Source: Candidatus Acetothermia bacterium (GTDB taxonomy: Bacteria > Bipolaricaulota > Bipolaricaulia > UBA7950). Taken from it: DNA of 56,920 nt. The translations under genes were made by a program, and so were the position numbers. This document shows positions 1 to 7,749 of this stretch, piece after piece (position 1 is the first letter of the stretch; every line of letters begins with the position of its first letter). Below the pieces are notes generated by a model. It was not told the DNA's origin. It saw only the letters and a program-made list of their open reading frames with translations, and searched no databases. Where the stretch lies: positions 1 to 56,920 of the forward strand of contig JAJHSB010000033.1 of assembly GCA_022684035.1 (NCBI GenBank), in the 5' to 3' direction.

Positions 1-451
1 AAATCAGCTCTGCCTCGGCGCGATGATTAGCAAATGTTACGAGGAATGCATCCAGTCCAACTACATAAATGGGGGTTTCTGTATGATGCCACACATGGAC
101 GCGCTGAATTATTCCCGCTGTATCTGTTTTCACGAACAACTTTATCGGTCCAGCCCACCCCACTTCTGTTCCGAGGAAGACGAATCCAGCCAACCGACGA
201 TCAGCGGTATGCAGCGTGTAATAGGCAAAATCATCCTTTGCAGCTGGAATAAATGTCAATGCAGTATCAGCGAGGAAATTTCGTAAATGAATCCGGTGCG
301 GGATAGTCTCGACCTGTTCTGGTATTGGTGCTGATTCTTCGCCGAAGATTCCTGCAAAATAAAGGCCGAGTGCAACTACCGCAATGACCACAACTGCCGA
401 TAATCCAATGATCAATTTGACTTTGTGATTAGCGGAACAACATGATGCCAT
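1..451 (-). CDS. FMN-binding domain membrane-anchored protein (RnfG/NqrC/NosR-like), 3' end outside window
   Basis: Not in ORF track. Hand translation from ATG at 451 (RBS GGAGG): MASCCSANHKVKLIIGLSAVVVIAVVALGLYF (TM)...GWAGPIKLFVKTDTAGIIQRVHVWHHTETP, resembling the RnfG/FMN_bind GYxGxI...HxETP segment. Confidence 0.75.
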   Translation of the reverse strand, partial: MASCCSANHKVKLIIGLSAVVVIAVVALGLYFAGIFGEESAPIPEQVETIPHRIHLRNFLADTALTFIPAAKDDFAYYTLHTADRRLAGFVFLGTEVGWAGPIKLFVKTDTAGIIQRVHVWHHTETPIYVVGLDAFLVTFANHRAEAELI

Positions 452-522
452 TTTGTTGTCACCTCCAAAGTTTTTATGGCAACTAAATTGTTTGGACAGC
501 CTGTTGTATTTATTTGACTAAC

Positions 523-581
523 GATGAGAGAAAGGCCGGCGACCAAAACTTGCACGATTGCTGCCGGCCATTCATCTCATC
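523..581. other. Intergenic stem-loop between SBP gene and FMN-binding gene
   Basis: GATGAG-A-GAA-A-GGCCGGC ... GCCGGCC-A-TTC-AT-CTCATC inverted repeat; no clean U-tract, so an mRNA-stabilising hairpin or weak terminator. Confidence 0.5.
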
Positions 582-618
582 TCCTTCAAGTAGGCAGAAA
601 GTGCTGTATTAGTCTTAA

Positions 619-1617
619 CTAACGTGCTACAATCCAGTCTACCTTCGCTTCCAGCTCCAAACATATGATGGCCTGTGTCGGAATGAAAACAAAGTTAAAG
701 TTATTTTCTTCCACTATTGCTGGCGCAGGACCACCAGGGAGAGCTGAAGCCTTATTGAATACTCTCGCAAACAACTCGGCTCCCTCCGGACTCATGATGA
801 TATCAGCCGGCCGGAGGTGATACTCAGTCGGATTATCTGGGATTACCAGAAGACCCGGTTTGGCAATCGCCCCTTCTTCAGGCCAAATCACCCCTACCTT
901 GCCATCTCTTACCCTTACGTCCTGTAGAGTAGAAATACCCACTGCCACCGTACCGTTCTTCACTGCTTCTGTAACATGTCCTTGGCTACCTCTGACTGCC
1001 GCAATAGCCATGAGTCGCGTGAAGTTTTCCGCTCCCAAGTGATAAAAGAGGGCCATCATTCCCCAAGTTCCAATGCAACCGGTAGTGGGAACGCCAATTA
1101 TTCGATCAAAATTGGCTAAGGCTTCCATTGTAGATGGTACATCGGCTCGTGCAATCAAAGCAGGGTTATATATGATGACATAAGCATTAACCCAGACTAA
1201 ATGCAACTCTCCGCGTGGATCAGCCAATTTTGCCAACTCCTCGCGAACTGGAAAGCGCCCGGGTAACTCGGCAATAAATGGCCGGGCCATTTCAAACTGC
1301 CGGTGAACCTCACGGTGATTATAAGAAAAGAGTGTTCCTCTCATAATTCTTCCTATCTCAAGTGCTCTCCCCAGGTAACGACGCAAATCTGCTGACTCAG
1401 TAGCAAAGAGTGTCACCGGTGTAGCAAACTGCTCTCTTACAAATGCCACCATGGTATCCCGAAAGCCTCCGGAACCAGTCATATGGATGTGCCCGACTGT
1501 CGGCTCCTCCGCGTGTGCGTATCCGACTACCAATGTTAGTATCAAACTGACTACCAATGTTAGTATCAAACTGAGTGCCATAACGATTGAAATTATCTTT
1601 ACAATTCTGTTTTTCAT
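619..1617 (-). CDS. ABC transporter substrate-binding protein (Fe3+/2-AEP-like, SBP_bac_6-like)
   Basis: Signal peptide ending AHA; motifs VIIYNPAL, VPSTMEAL, VIWPEEGAI, IIMSPEG typical of cluster D SBPs; RBS AGGAG. Confidence 0.7.
   Translation of the reverse strand: MKNRIVKIISIVMALSLILTLVVSLILTLVVGYAHAEEPTVGHIHMTGSGGFRDTMVAFVREQFATPVTLFATESADLRRYLGRALEIGRIMRGTLFSYNHREVHRQFEMARPFIAELPGRFPVREELAKLADPRGELHLVWVNAYVIIYNPALIARADVPSTMEALANFDRIIGVPTTGCIGTWGMMALFYHLGAENFTRLMAIAAVRGSQGHVTEAVKNGTVAVGISTLQDVRVRDGKVGVIWPEEGAIAKPGLLVIPDNPTEYHLRPADIIMSPEGAELFARVFNKASALPGGPAPAIVEENNFNFVFIPTQAIICLELEAKVDWIVAR
1525..1574. repeat. Exact 24-bp tandem duplication in SBP signal peptide (SLILTLVV x2)
   Basis: GACTACCAATGTTAGTATCAAACT twice in tandem. 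Confidence 0.95.
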
Positions 1618-1780
1618 TTGATTCTCTCCTTTGTGTTTAGATGTGAAACTTTTGTTAAAGTTAACATCGCAAATGTGTTAGCTCTTCTTTACTTAATCTG
1701 TCCTTAATTTAGCGCCTTTCTCTCACCTCCGTCTGGTTCTGTACCGGGGCGCAGCCATCAACCGAAGAGCTTGTTGCCTG

Positions 1781-1809
1781 AGTATACTTATGCGAACTGT
1801 TTGCAATAA
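1781..1809 (-). promoter_or_regulatory. Putative promoter (TTATTG-17-TATACT) with 7-1-7 operator TGCAAAC-A-GTTCGCA
   Basis: Palindrome at 1791-1805; the same motif occurs in the same register upstream of feoA (6489-6503). Confidence 0.6.
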
Positions 1810-1829
1810 ACAAGAGAAAAATTATTCGC

Positions 1830-2016
1830 CCGAGCACGAGAGATAACAGAGACCCTCAAAGACAATCTTACCTCTTAGGCACGACAATAAATTTTACCAT
1901 CATCGAGATGATTCTCTCCGAATAATCTCGATAAGCAGGGATCGTTGCTTGGCAACCCTCATCCTGATACTATTCAATGATCTACGTATGGTTTCTCGAT
2001 ATCCGGCTTCTTCCAT
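1830..2016 (-). pseudogene. fur: Degraded Fur-family regulator (N-terminal DNA-binding part)
   Basis: MEEAGYRETIRRSLNSIRMRVAKQRSLLIEIIR, then after a frameshift ENHLDDGKIYCRA*EVRLSL; matches the Fur pattern L...GxRxTxQRxxILE...HLxAxEIYxxA...xLSL. 3' limit approximate. Confidence 0.6.
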
Positions 2017-2047
2017 TGACTTGATATTACTAATGAAATTGATTAGT

Positions 2048-2076
2048 ATTATAAACTAAGGATTTAGGTTTGTCAA
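2048..2076 (-). promoter_or_regulatory. Consensus sigma70 promoter for fur remnant/SBP direction
   Basis: TTGACA (2076-2071), 17 bp, TATAAT (2053-2048). Confidence 0.8.
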
Positions 2077-2104
2077 TCCCATCCAAGCTTGTCTGGAGAA
2101 GGCA

Positions 2105-2133
2105 TTGACAGCTAAATCCTGCTGGATCAGAAT
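2105..2133 (+). promoter_or_regulatory. Putative divergent promoter for NAS-like operon
   Basis: TTGACA (2105-2110), 17 bp, CAGAAT (2128-2133). Confidence 0.55.
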
Positions 2134-2246
2134 AATTGCGTATCATCAATAGTAACAATTGGTCAAGTGAGGCATTCACGGAGATTGGATCTCCAATACG
2201 CTTGCGAAAACCGTAAGACGAAGATTCGAGGTTATTTTCGAAAGGA

Positions 2247-2822
2247 ATGAACTGGGTAGAAAAGATATGGACTGATAATATACTGATCAGGCAATTGGAG
2301 AAAGTGCTCTCACGCCTGCCCCCGTTGGCCTTCCTCTACTGCCGCCCTTACATCAGAGTCGTTAAGCAGGAGATCAGATTAGCATCCATTACGGATAGGG
2401 ATGTAGTAGTCAACATCGGCTGCGGGGCTGTTCCCTTTACCGCCATCTACCTGGCACGCTTGACTGGCGCCAGGGTTATTGCACTGGACAGGGATAGGGA
2501 AGCAGCCGAATGCGCTCGCAGATACATCAGGGCCAGTGGTCTTGCGGAAATCATAGAGGTTGTGTGGGGCGATGGGGCAGATGCGCCTCAGTACGAAGAT
2601 GCCACTGTGTGGATCGTTGCCCTCCAGGCCGCACCCAAAAGGGACATCCTGGAACACTTCTTGAAAAGCGCTCCCAAAGGGGCGCGCATCATGTTCCGCG
2701 AGCCGAGACCGAAGTTCGCTAATCAGTATGATCAATTGCCCCGTAGCGCCCAGCCTCAATCCGTGGCCAGCCACAACATGGTTACATTCGACAGAACGGT
2801 TCTGTTCACACAAAAGGCATAG
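2247..2822 (+). CDS. Nicotianamine-synthase-like class I SAM-dependent enzyme (short form)
   Basis: YxxxYxxVVKQE helix followed by VVNIGCGAVPFTAIYLA (NAS/CntL-type IGxGPxPxT), LDRD, VVWGDG, and FREP motifs. Confidence 0.7.
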   Translation: MNWVEKIWTDNILIRQLEKVLSRLPPLAFLYCRPYIRVVKQEIRLASITDRDVVVNIGCGAVPFTAIYLARLTGARVIALDRDREAAECARRYIRASGLAEIIEVVWGDGADAPQYEDATVWIVALQAAPKRDILEHFLKSAPKGARIMFREPRPKFANQYDQLPRSAQPQSVASHNMVTFDRTVLFTQKA

Positions 2823-2828
2823 AAGAAA

Positions 2829-3840
2829 GTGACACAAATCTCAGTAAGAAAGGGTATCCTCTGGATCGTGGCGATATTGGTGCTTGCCACAATTGTGCTG
2901 GCATCCGGCCTTGACGAGGTTGCCACTGCTCTAGTCCTATTCGATCCCCTGTGGTTAGTTGGGCTCAGTTTACTTCAACTACTGACCATATCCATGACTA
3001 CCCTCGCCTGGCATCTTGCAATCCGTGCCGCCGGCGGCAAAATCAGATTTGGAGAGACACTGAGCATCAACTTGGCCGGCTCCTTCATTGAGAGTGTTAC
3101 ACCATCCAGTAAGTTAGGTGGGGAGGTAGCTAAAATCCACCTCCTGCACCAACACGTCGGGTTGAGCTATCAGCAACTGGCTGCCGTCACTCTGGTCTCC
3201 AAACTGCTCACCCTCCTGCCGTTTCTGGCACTTGCCGGACTTTTCCTCGCCTGGGAGGCAGTCAAGGGGCAGATCGTTTTCCCAGCAGCCGTTGCCTTTC
3301 TGGCACTGAGCGTATTTACCGGGGCGCTGGCCTGGATCTGCCACGTTGAGAGAACAGCGGAGGAAGCCGTACCACGGACAGGTCACATATCAGGTGGAGT
3401 GTTGCATTTTGCTCCGCTTATTCGCCGAGTGTTTGCCTTTCTCAGACAGGCCAGACGAGAATCCAGTCATCTCCTTTCTCGGCGCAGGCGCCTCACTTTT
3501 CTGGCATTGATCTCCATCGTCTGGATCCTCTACCCGGTCAAGGTTCTGCTGGTGACACAGATGCTTGGTATGGAGGTGGAATTCGCAGATGTTGCCACTG
3601 CTACCTATGCGGCCTATCTGGTGAGCATGCTGCCGCTCCTTCCCCGGAGGACTGGGTTCTTTCGAGATAACCATGGCCTTACTGCTAAGCTCTATGGACG
3701 TGTCGTTTAGTGAGGGCCTGGCGGTAGCTCTTCTTGCTCGCCTGGTGACTTTCTGGCTGCCGCTTGGGCTCTCGGCTATAGCAGCCGGTCTGACGGCATT
3801 GAAGGTGAGGCGTGGTCATCAGCATACGGATCCTCTATGA
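2829..3840 (+). CDS. UPF0104 / lysylphosphatidylglycerol-synthase TM (MprF-type flippase) protein, +1 frameshift near 3642-3645
   Basis: Multi-TM, VTPSSKLGGE motif. Removing one C in CCCC restores LPGGLGSFE...ARLVTFWLP and a TGA at 3838-3840 overlapping the next ATG (ATGA). Confidence 0.8.
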
Positions 3841-4466
3841 ACAAGGAAGAAAGATCCGCAAGATATTCCCCCGAGCGGCGCTCAAACAGGCTACTTGCTC
3901 CGGCTAACAGCATCTTGAATTGGATCGAGAGCCTGGGAGCGCGAGGTCAGAGGTACGGCAAGTGGTACCGCGACAGATTTTACCACCGGCTGGTAGAGAG
4001 AGAACTGAAATCCGCCTGCTTGAAGCCTGGGGCGATGGTGCTTCATATCGGCTGTGGCCCTTTCCCCATGACCGCTCTTTATCTAGCGGAAATGGGATTT
4101 CGGGTTGTGGCAATCGATTATGGCTCGGCTGCGGTGCGCTCAGCCCGCGAGGTAGTTCGACGCTGGTTGCTGGATGAGCGTATTACTGTATGGGAGGCAG
4201 ACGGGAGCGAAATTGACTGCTCCCCGTTTGACGCGGTTTGGGTATCGTTAGTCGTAAACGACAAGCAGAGAATTGTGATCCGGGCACTGCAAACCTTGAG
4301 ACCCGGAGCGTGCGTGCTTTACCGCAACTACCGGGGGCCGCTCACATTGCTCTACCCCTGGCTTGCTCCAGATGACCTCGACCTTGAGTGTGAACACCGA
4401 TGTGTAACCCATGCTCTCGGCAAGGAGACGATCATTGTCTGGCGGAAACTCATAAGAACAGTGTGA
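3837..4466 (+). CDS. Second nicotianamine-synthase-like SAM-dependent enzyme (short form)
   Basis: YRDRFYHRLVERE, VLHIGCGPFPMTALYLA, AID, EADG, LYRN motifs; paralogous to 2247..2822. Confidence 0.7.
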   Translation: MNKEERSARYSPERRSNRLLAPANSILNWIESLGARGQRYGKWYRDRFYHRLVERELKSACLKPGAMVLHIGCGPFPMTALYLAEMGFRVVAIDYGSAAVRSAREVVRRWLLDERITVWEADGSEIDCSPFDAVWVSLVVNDKQRIVIRALQTLRPGACVLYRNYRGPLTLLYPWLAPDDLDLECEHRCVTHALGKETIIVWRKLIRTV

Positions 4467-6132
4467 ATGCTACGTTTAACATCCCTCCCATGATGAATGC
4501 AATTACTATCGTCGCCATGGCAATAACGACTGCATACCTCACCCCAAATTCCTTCATTAACACCGGGAGAACCGCAGCACAAGGGATGTAGAACAACGCA
4601 ACGATTGCACCCACAATCAGTTGCACCAGAGTTAAATCCAAACCGAGAAGGGCGGTAACAGCCAGCTCTCGCCGCACAATTCCCAAAATCAGCGAGACAC
4701 TCGCTTCAGCCGGCAGTCCCAACAGATCAACTACAATCGGGCGTAAGAATAGACCAATGTGGTAAAGTGCTCCGGATTCATAGAGCATTGCCGCAATAAA
4801 CACACCAAAAATAATCAGCGGTACCGCATCAAGAAGATATGATTTCAGGTGCATCCATACCTTTTTGGCAACCGAGGTGGCATTTGGAATGCGGTATGGC
4901 GGAATCTCCATCAGAAAAGAGGGTGTTGTGCCAGGAAGCATTCTGTTTAATGCCATTCCCACGATGAAGATAAACAGGAAGGCAATAAGGTAAACAAAGG
5001 CCAGGGCAGCGATTGATTTTTCCGCCAAAAGGGCAATAATTGCTCCGGTCTGGGCGGCACAGGGAATTGCCAGGCACATTAGGGCAACAACGATAATTCT
5101 CTCCCGCCGCGTTTCCAGCATCCTTGTCGACAAGATTCCGCCGATAGTGCACCCGAATCCAAGCAGGAAGGGTATAACCGCTCCCCCATGAACACCGCTC
5201 TTGTGAAACAGCGTATCCAGCATGCAGGCTAATCGCGGCAGGTAACCAGTATCCTCCAGTATCGCCAGGACGAGGTAAAACGCCAGTAAGTACGGCAAAA
5301 CTAGTGCGAGCGGCCAGCCAATACCATCGATGAGCACTCCAAAATGGCCGATCAATATCTCACGTATAAACCCCTCAGGAACAACTGCGGTAACAGCATC
5401 TCTTATGGGTGGGAAGATTAAAGTTTCAAAAAAGGGTAGCAAAATAAATTGCCTCAGCCCCATCCCAATCCCAATAACTGCCCCAAATGCCACTAGCGCA
5501 GCAATAATCGCAACTGGGATGCCGGTAGATGGCAGAATAGCCGCATCCTCTATTCTCTCTCGTAAGGTGTGATGACGGTGAGTTAAGGTTTGCACCTGGC
5601 GCACTATATTCCCGATCTCGCTCCATCTTTCATCTTCGGTGCCTTGATAGAGTTGTGATCTGGACTCTGGAATCCGTAGGACGAGCTCCTTAATTCCCTC
5701 ACCTGTTACCGCAACCGTAGGAACAACTGGAACGCCCAGCAGCTCTTCCAGCTTCTCTACATCGATTGTTACCCCCTTGTGCTTAGCTTCATCCCAGAGG
5801 TTAAGCGCCACAACCATCGGAATTTCTTGCTCCAGTAGCTCAAGTGTCAGGCGTAGATTCCGCTCCAGATGAGTGGCATCAATTACATTAATGACCACAT
5901 CACCCTCTTTGACCATCTCTACCGCTATTTCTTCCGCCTTGTTGGTGGGATCGAGCGTGTAAGCTCCTGGCACATCGATTATTTGTGCACTAAGACTCCC
6001 AAATTTTAAGGTGCCTTTTCTAAATGTAACTGTTGTTCCGGGATAATTAGAAGCGACAACATTGATGCCTGTTAGACGGGAAAAGAGAACGCTTTTGCCC
6101 ACATTGGGATTTCCCATCAAGAGTATTTTCAC
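4450..6132 (-). CDS. feoB: Ferrous iron transporter FeoB
   Basis: GNPNVGKS, NYPGTT, DVPG G-motifs; LEDTGYLPR, GFGC, IPC gate motifs. Confidence 0.95.
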   Translation of the reverse strand: MKILLMGNPNVGKSVLFSRLTGINVVASNYPGTTVTFRKGTLKFGSLSAQIIDVPGAYTLDPTNKAEEIAVEMVKEGDVVINVIDATHLERNLRLTLELLEQEIPMVVALNLWDEAKHKGVTIDVEKLEELLGVPVVPTVAVTGEGIKELVLRIPESRSQLYQGTEDERWSEIGNIVRQVQTLTHRHHTLRERIEDAAILPSTGIPVAIIAALVAFGAVIGIGMGLRQFILLPFFETLIFPPIRDAVTAVVPEGFIREILIGHFGVLIDGIGWPLALVLPYLLAFYLVLAILEDTGYLPRLACMLDTLFHKSGVHGGAVIPFLLGFGCTIGGILSTRMLETRRERIIVVALMCLAIPCAAQTGAIIALLAEKSIAALAFVYLIAFLFIFIVGMALNRMLPGTTPSFLMEIPPYRIPNATSVAKKVWMHLKSYLLDAVPLIIFGVFIAAMLYESGALYHIGLFLRPIVVDLLGLPAEASVSLILGIVRRELAVTALLGLDLTLVQLIVGAIVALFYIPCAAVLPVLMKEFGVRYAVVIAMATIVIAFIMGGMLNVAFTLFL

Positions 6133-6365
6133 GTTGGCAATTCCTCGACAAGAACCTTCATCGCCATTCCTTTGCCGATGGCAACCTTGGTTCTATCCAC
6201 TTCAACAACAACCGGACCGTTAAACGGCCCAGAACCAACCTTACGAATAGTCTGACCAACTCTGATACCCAGCGACGTAAGGCGTCTCTGGGAGCTGTAT
6301 CCTCCCTCTATCCGCTTGATCACTGCTGCTTTTCCGGTACCCAGTTCCAGTAATTTAGTCTCCAT
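6129..6365 (-). CDS. feoA: FeoA
   Basis: RRLTSLGIRVG...GPVVV...VAIG SH3-like FeoA; overlaps feoB start. Confidence 0.9.
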   Translation of the reverse strand: METKLLELGTGKAAVIKRIEGGYSSQRRLTSLGIRVGQTIRKVGSGPFNGPVVVEVDRTKVAIGKGMAMKVLVEELPT

Positions 6366-6477
6366 ATCCTACATCCATTGACTCCTTTGATAGATCAACT
6401 ACCAATAATCAGCTTCACGTTAAACTCAGTAATTACCAGTTAGGCCACTTCATATTTATGACACCAATAACCTTAAG

Positions 6478-6507
6478 GATAATAAATATGCAAACTGTTT
6501 TCAACAA
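6478..6507 (-). promoter_or_regulatory. feoAB promoter (TTGTTG-17-TATTAT) with 7-1-7 operator TGAAAAC-A-GTTTGCA
   Basis: Palindrome at 6489-6503, same motif and register as at 1791-1805. Confidence 0.6.
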
Positions 6508-6687
6508 GCATCGCAAAATTTGTGTAACTGCACAAGTGAATAGACTAAAAGTGGAAGACTAACAATTCCGGATAGACAACAACTTCGAATATATCGACCG
6601 CACAGTAATAATAAGAAGCACTCTTTAGTGAAATGATTTGTAGACCCTCTCTGTTTCGAGCATATTCTAAAGTGAAATTTTTGGCAC

Positions 6688-6715
6688 TTGACACAGGAGG
6701 TGAATATATTATAAT
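6688..6715 (+). promoter_or_regulatory. sigma70 promoter of hsp20
   Basis: TTGACA 6688-6693, 16 bp, TATAAT 6710-6715. Confidence 0.7.
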
Positions 6716-6719
6716 ATAA

Positions 6720-6746
6720 TTAGCAGTCAAGAGCTAAGATTGCTAA
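6720..6746 (+). promoter_or_regulatory. CIRCE element (HrcA operator)
   Basis: TTAGCAGTC-N9-GATTGCTAA vs consensus TTAGCACTC-N9-GAGTGCTAA, directly upstream of a small heat-shock gene. Confidence 0.85.
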
Positions 6747-6771
6747 TTGACAATATAAAAAGGAGGCTACA

Positions 6772-7221
6772 ATGAGAATTACAAGACTTCCAGCAATAGG
6801 ATCATTTGGGATTCACAGTTACCTGAGCCGCTTGTTGGATGAGTTAGTCAGTGACTTCACTGAGGTCGGGTTAGAAGTAGGTACCAAGTTTGGGGCCACC
6901 GATATCTACGAAAAAGATAAGAAGATCTACTTTGAAACCGAACTTCCAGGTGCAACCAAAGACGACATCGAACTCAAAGTCGAGGACGATAAACTACTCA
7001 TCAGTGGTACGATCAAACGGAGCGAAGAGGTGAAAGATGAGAATTACTTCCGCATCGGGCGCCGTTACGGGCAGTTCCAGCGGGTCTTTCCCCTCCCGTC
7101 GCAAGTCGGTGATCACAAAAAGATCAGCGCTAAATTCAAAGACGGAATCTTGCAGGTAGTCGTTCCTCTCCGCGATTCAATCAAAGAGAAGGCAGCGGCA
7201 ATCGATATCAAGATCGAGTAA
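6772..7221 (+). CDS. Hsp20/alpha-crystallin small heat shock protein
   Basis: TDIYE, ELPG, RRYGQFQRVFPLP, AKFKDGILQV motifs; RBS AGGAGG. Confidence 0.95.
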   Translation: MRITRLPAIGSFGIHSYLSRLLDELVSDFTEVGLEVGTKFGATDIYEKDKKIYFETELPGATKDDIELKVEDDKLLISGTIKRSEEVKDENYFRIGRRYGQFQRVFPLPSQVGDHKKISAKFKDGILQVVVPLRDSIKEKAAAIDIKIE

Positions 7222-7262
7222 CCACATAAGATTTAGGATTTACACCTAATCACACTTAGATA

Positions 7263-7300
7263 AAAGGGGCGAAGCCATTGGGCTCGCCCCTTCTTTTATT
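7263..7300 (+). terminator. Rho-independent terminator after hsp20
   Basis: AAGGGGCGAAGCC-ATTG-GGCTCGCCCCTT followed by CTTTTATT. Confidence 0.8.
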
Positions 7301-7439
7301 TGGGTTCTTCGTAGCTTGGAGTTTAGAAAGAGTTCATTTAGTTCATTGGGGCAGAAGAGGCTTATGGCTTATAGCCTGTAGGGGCACGGCACACAGAGAG
7401 ATTGAGAGGTTCACGGTTCACGGGTTAGAGCCAGAGTCC

Positions 7440-7554
7440 GTCATTGTGAGTCTCTGTGAAGCAATCCTGTTCCTTTAGCCTCCGTCGTTTGTTTTGTGCC
7501 TCAACGAGGATTTTCTGTTCGGGATTGCCACGAGTTCTCCGAACTCTCGTAATG
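7440..7554. repeat. Palindromic MITE-like element (GTCATTG.GAG..GAAGCAATC ... GATTGCCACG..CTCG.AATG family)
   Basis: Terminal inverted repeats. 7518-7554 nearly identical to 40708-40744; interior 7487-7527 is the reverse complement (with mismatches) of 40797-40837. Confidence 0.8.
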
Positions 7555-7749
7555 TTAGGAATTATCACGCCCGATCCGTAGACTAAAGCCACGTGTAAGA
7601 AAGCTATTTAGCGGGTATGATGTAAAATAGATATACGATATATTTGCAAAGCGGATCTATTATGCGAACTATAATTGAGTTTCCAAAGATGGTCGAATAA
7701 GTACGTGAAGCATTTGGTTCGGTTTGATTGCTGCAAAGAAGTTGGTTGA

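Noticed and set aside
510-590. 21-aa mini-ORF on the minus strand with an RBS-like GAAGGAG
   Set aside because: Lies within the hairpin; too short and featureless to support.
1618-2045. Riboswitch in the long region upstream of the SBP
   Set aside because: No cobalamin, TPP, FMN, SAM or NiCo consensus recognised; the region is better explained by a fur remnant plus a second promoter.
6519-6536. Rex or CRP site TTGTG-N6-CACAA upstream of feoA
   Set aside because: Spacing fits neither TTGTGAA-N4-TTCACAA nor TGTGA-N6-TCACA; single instance.
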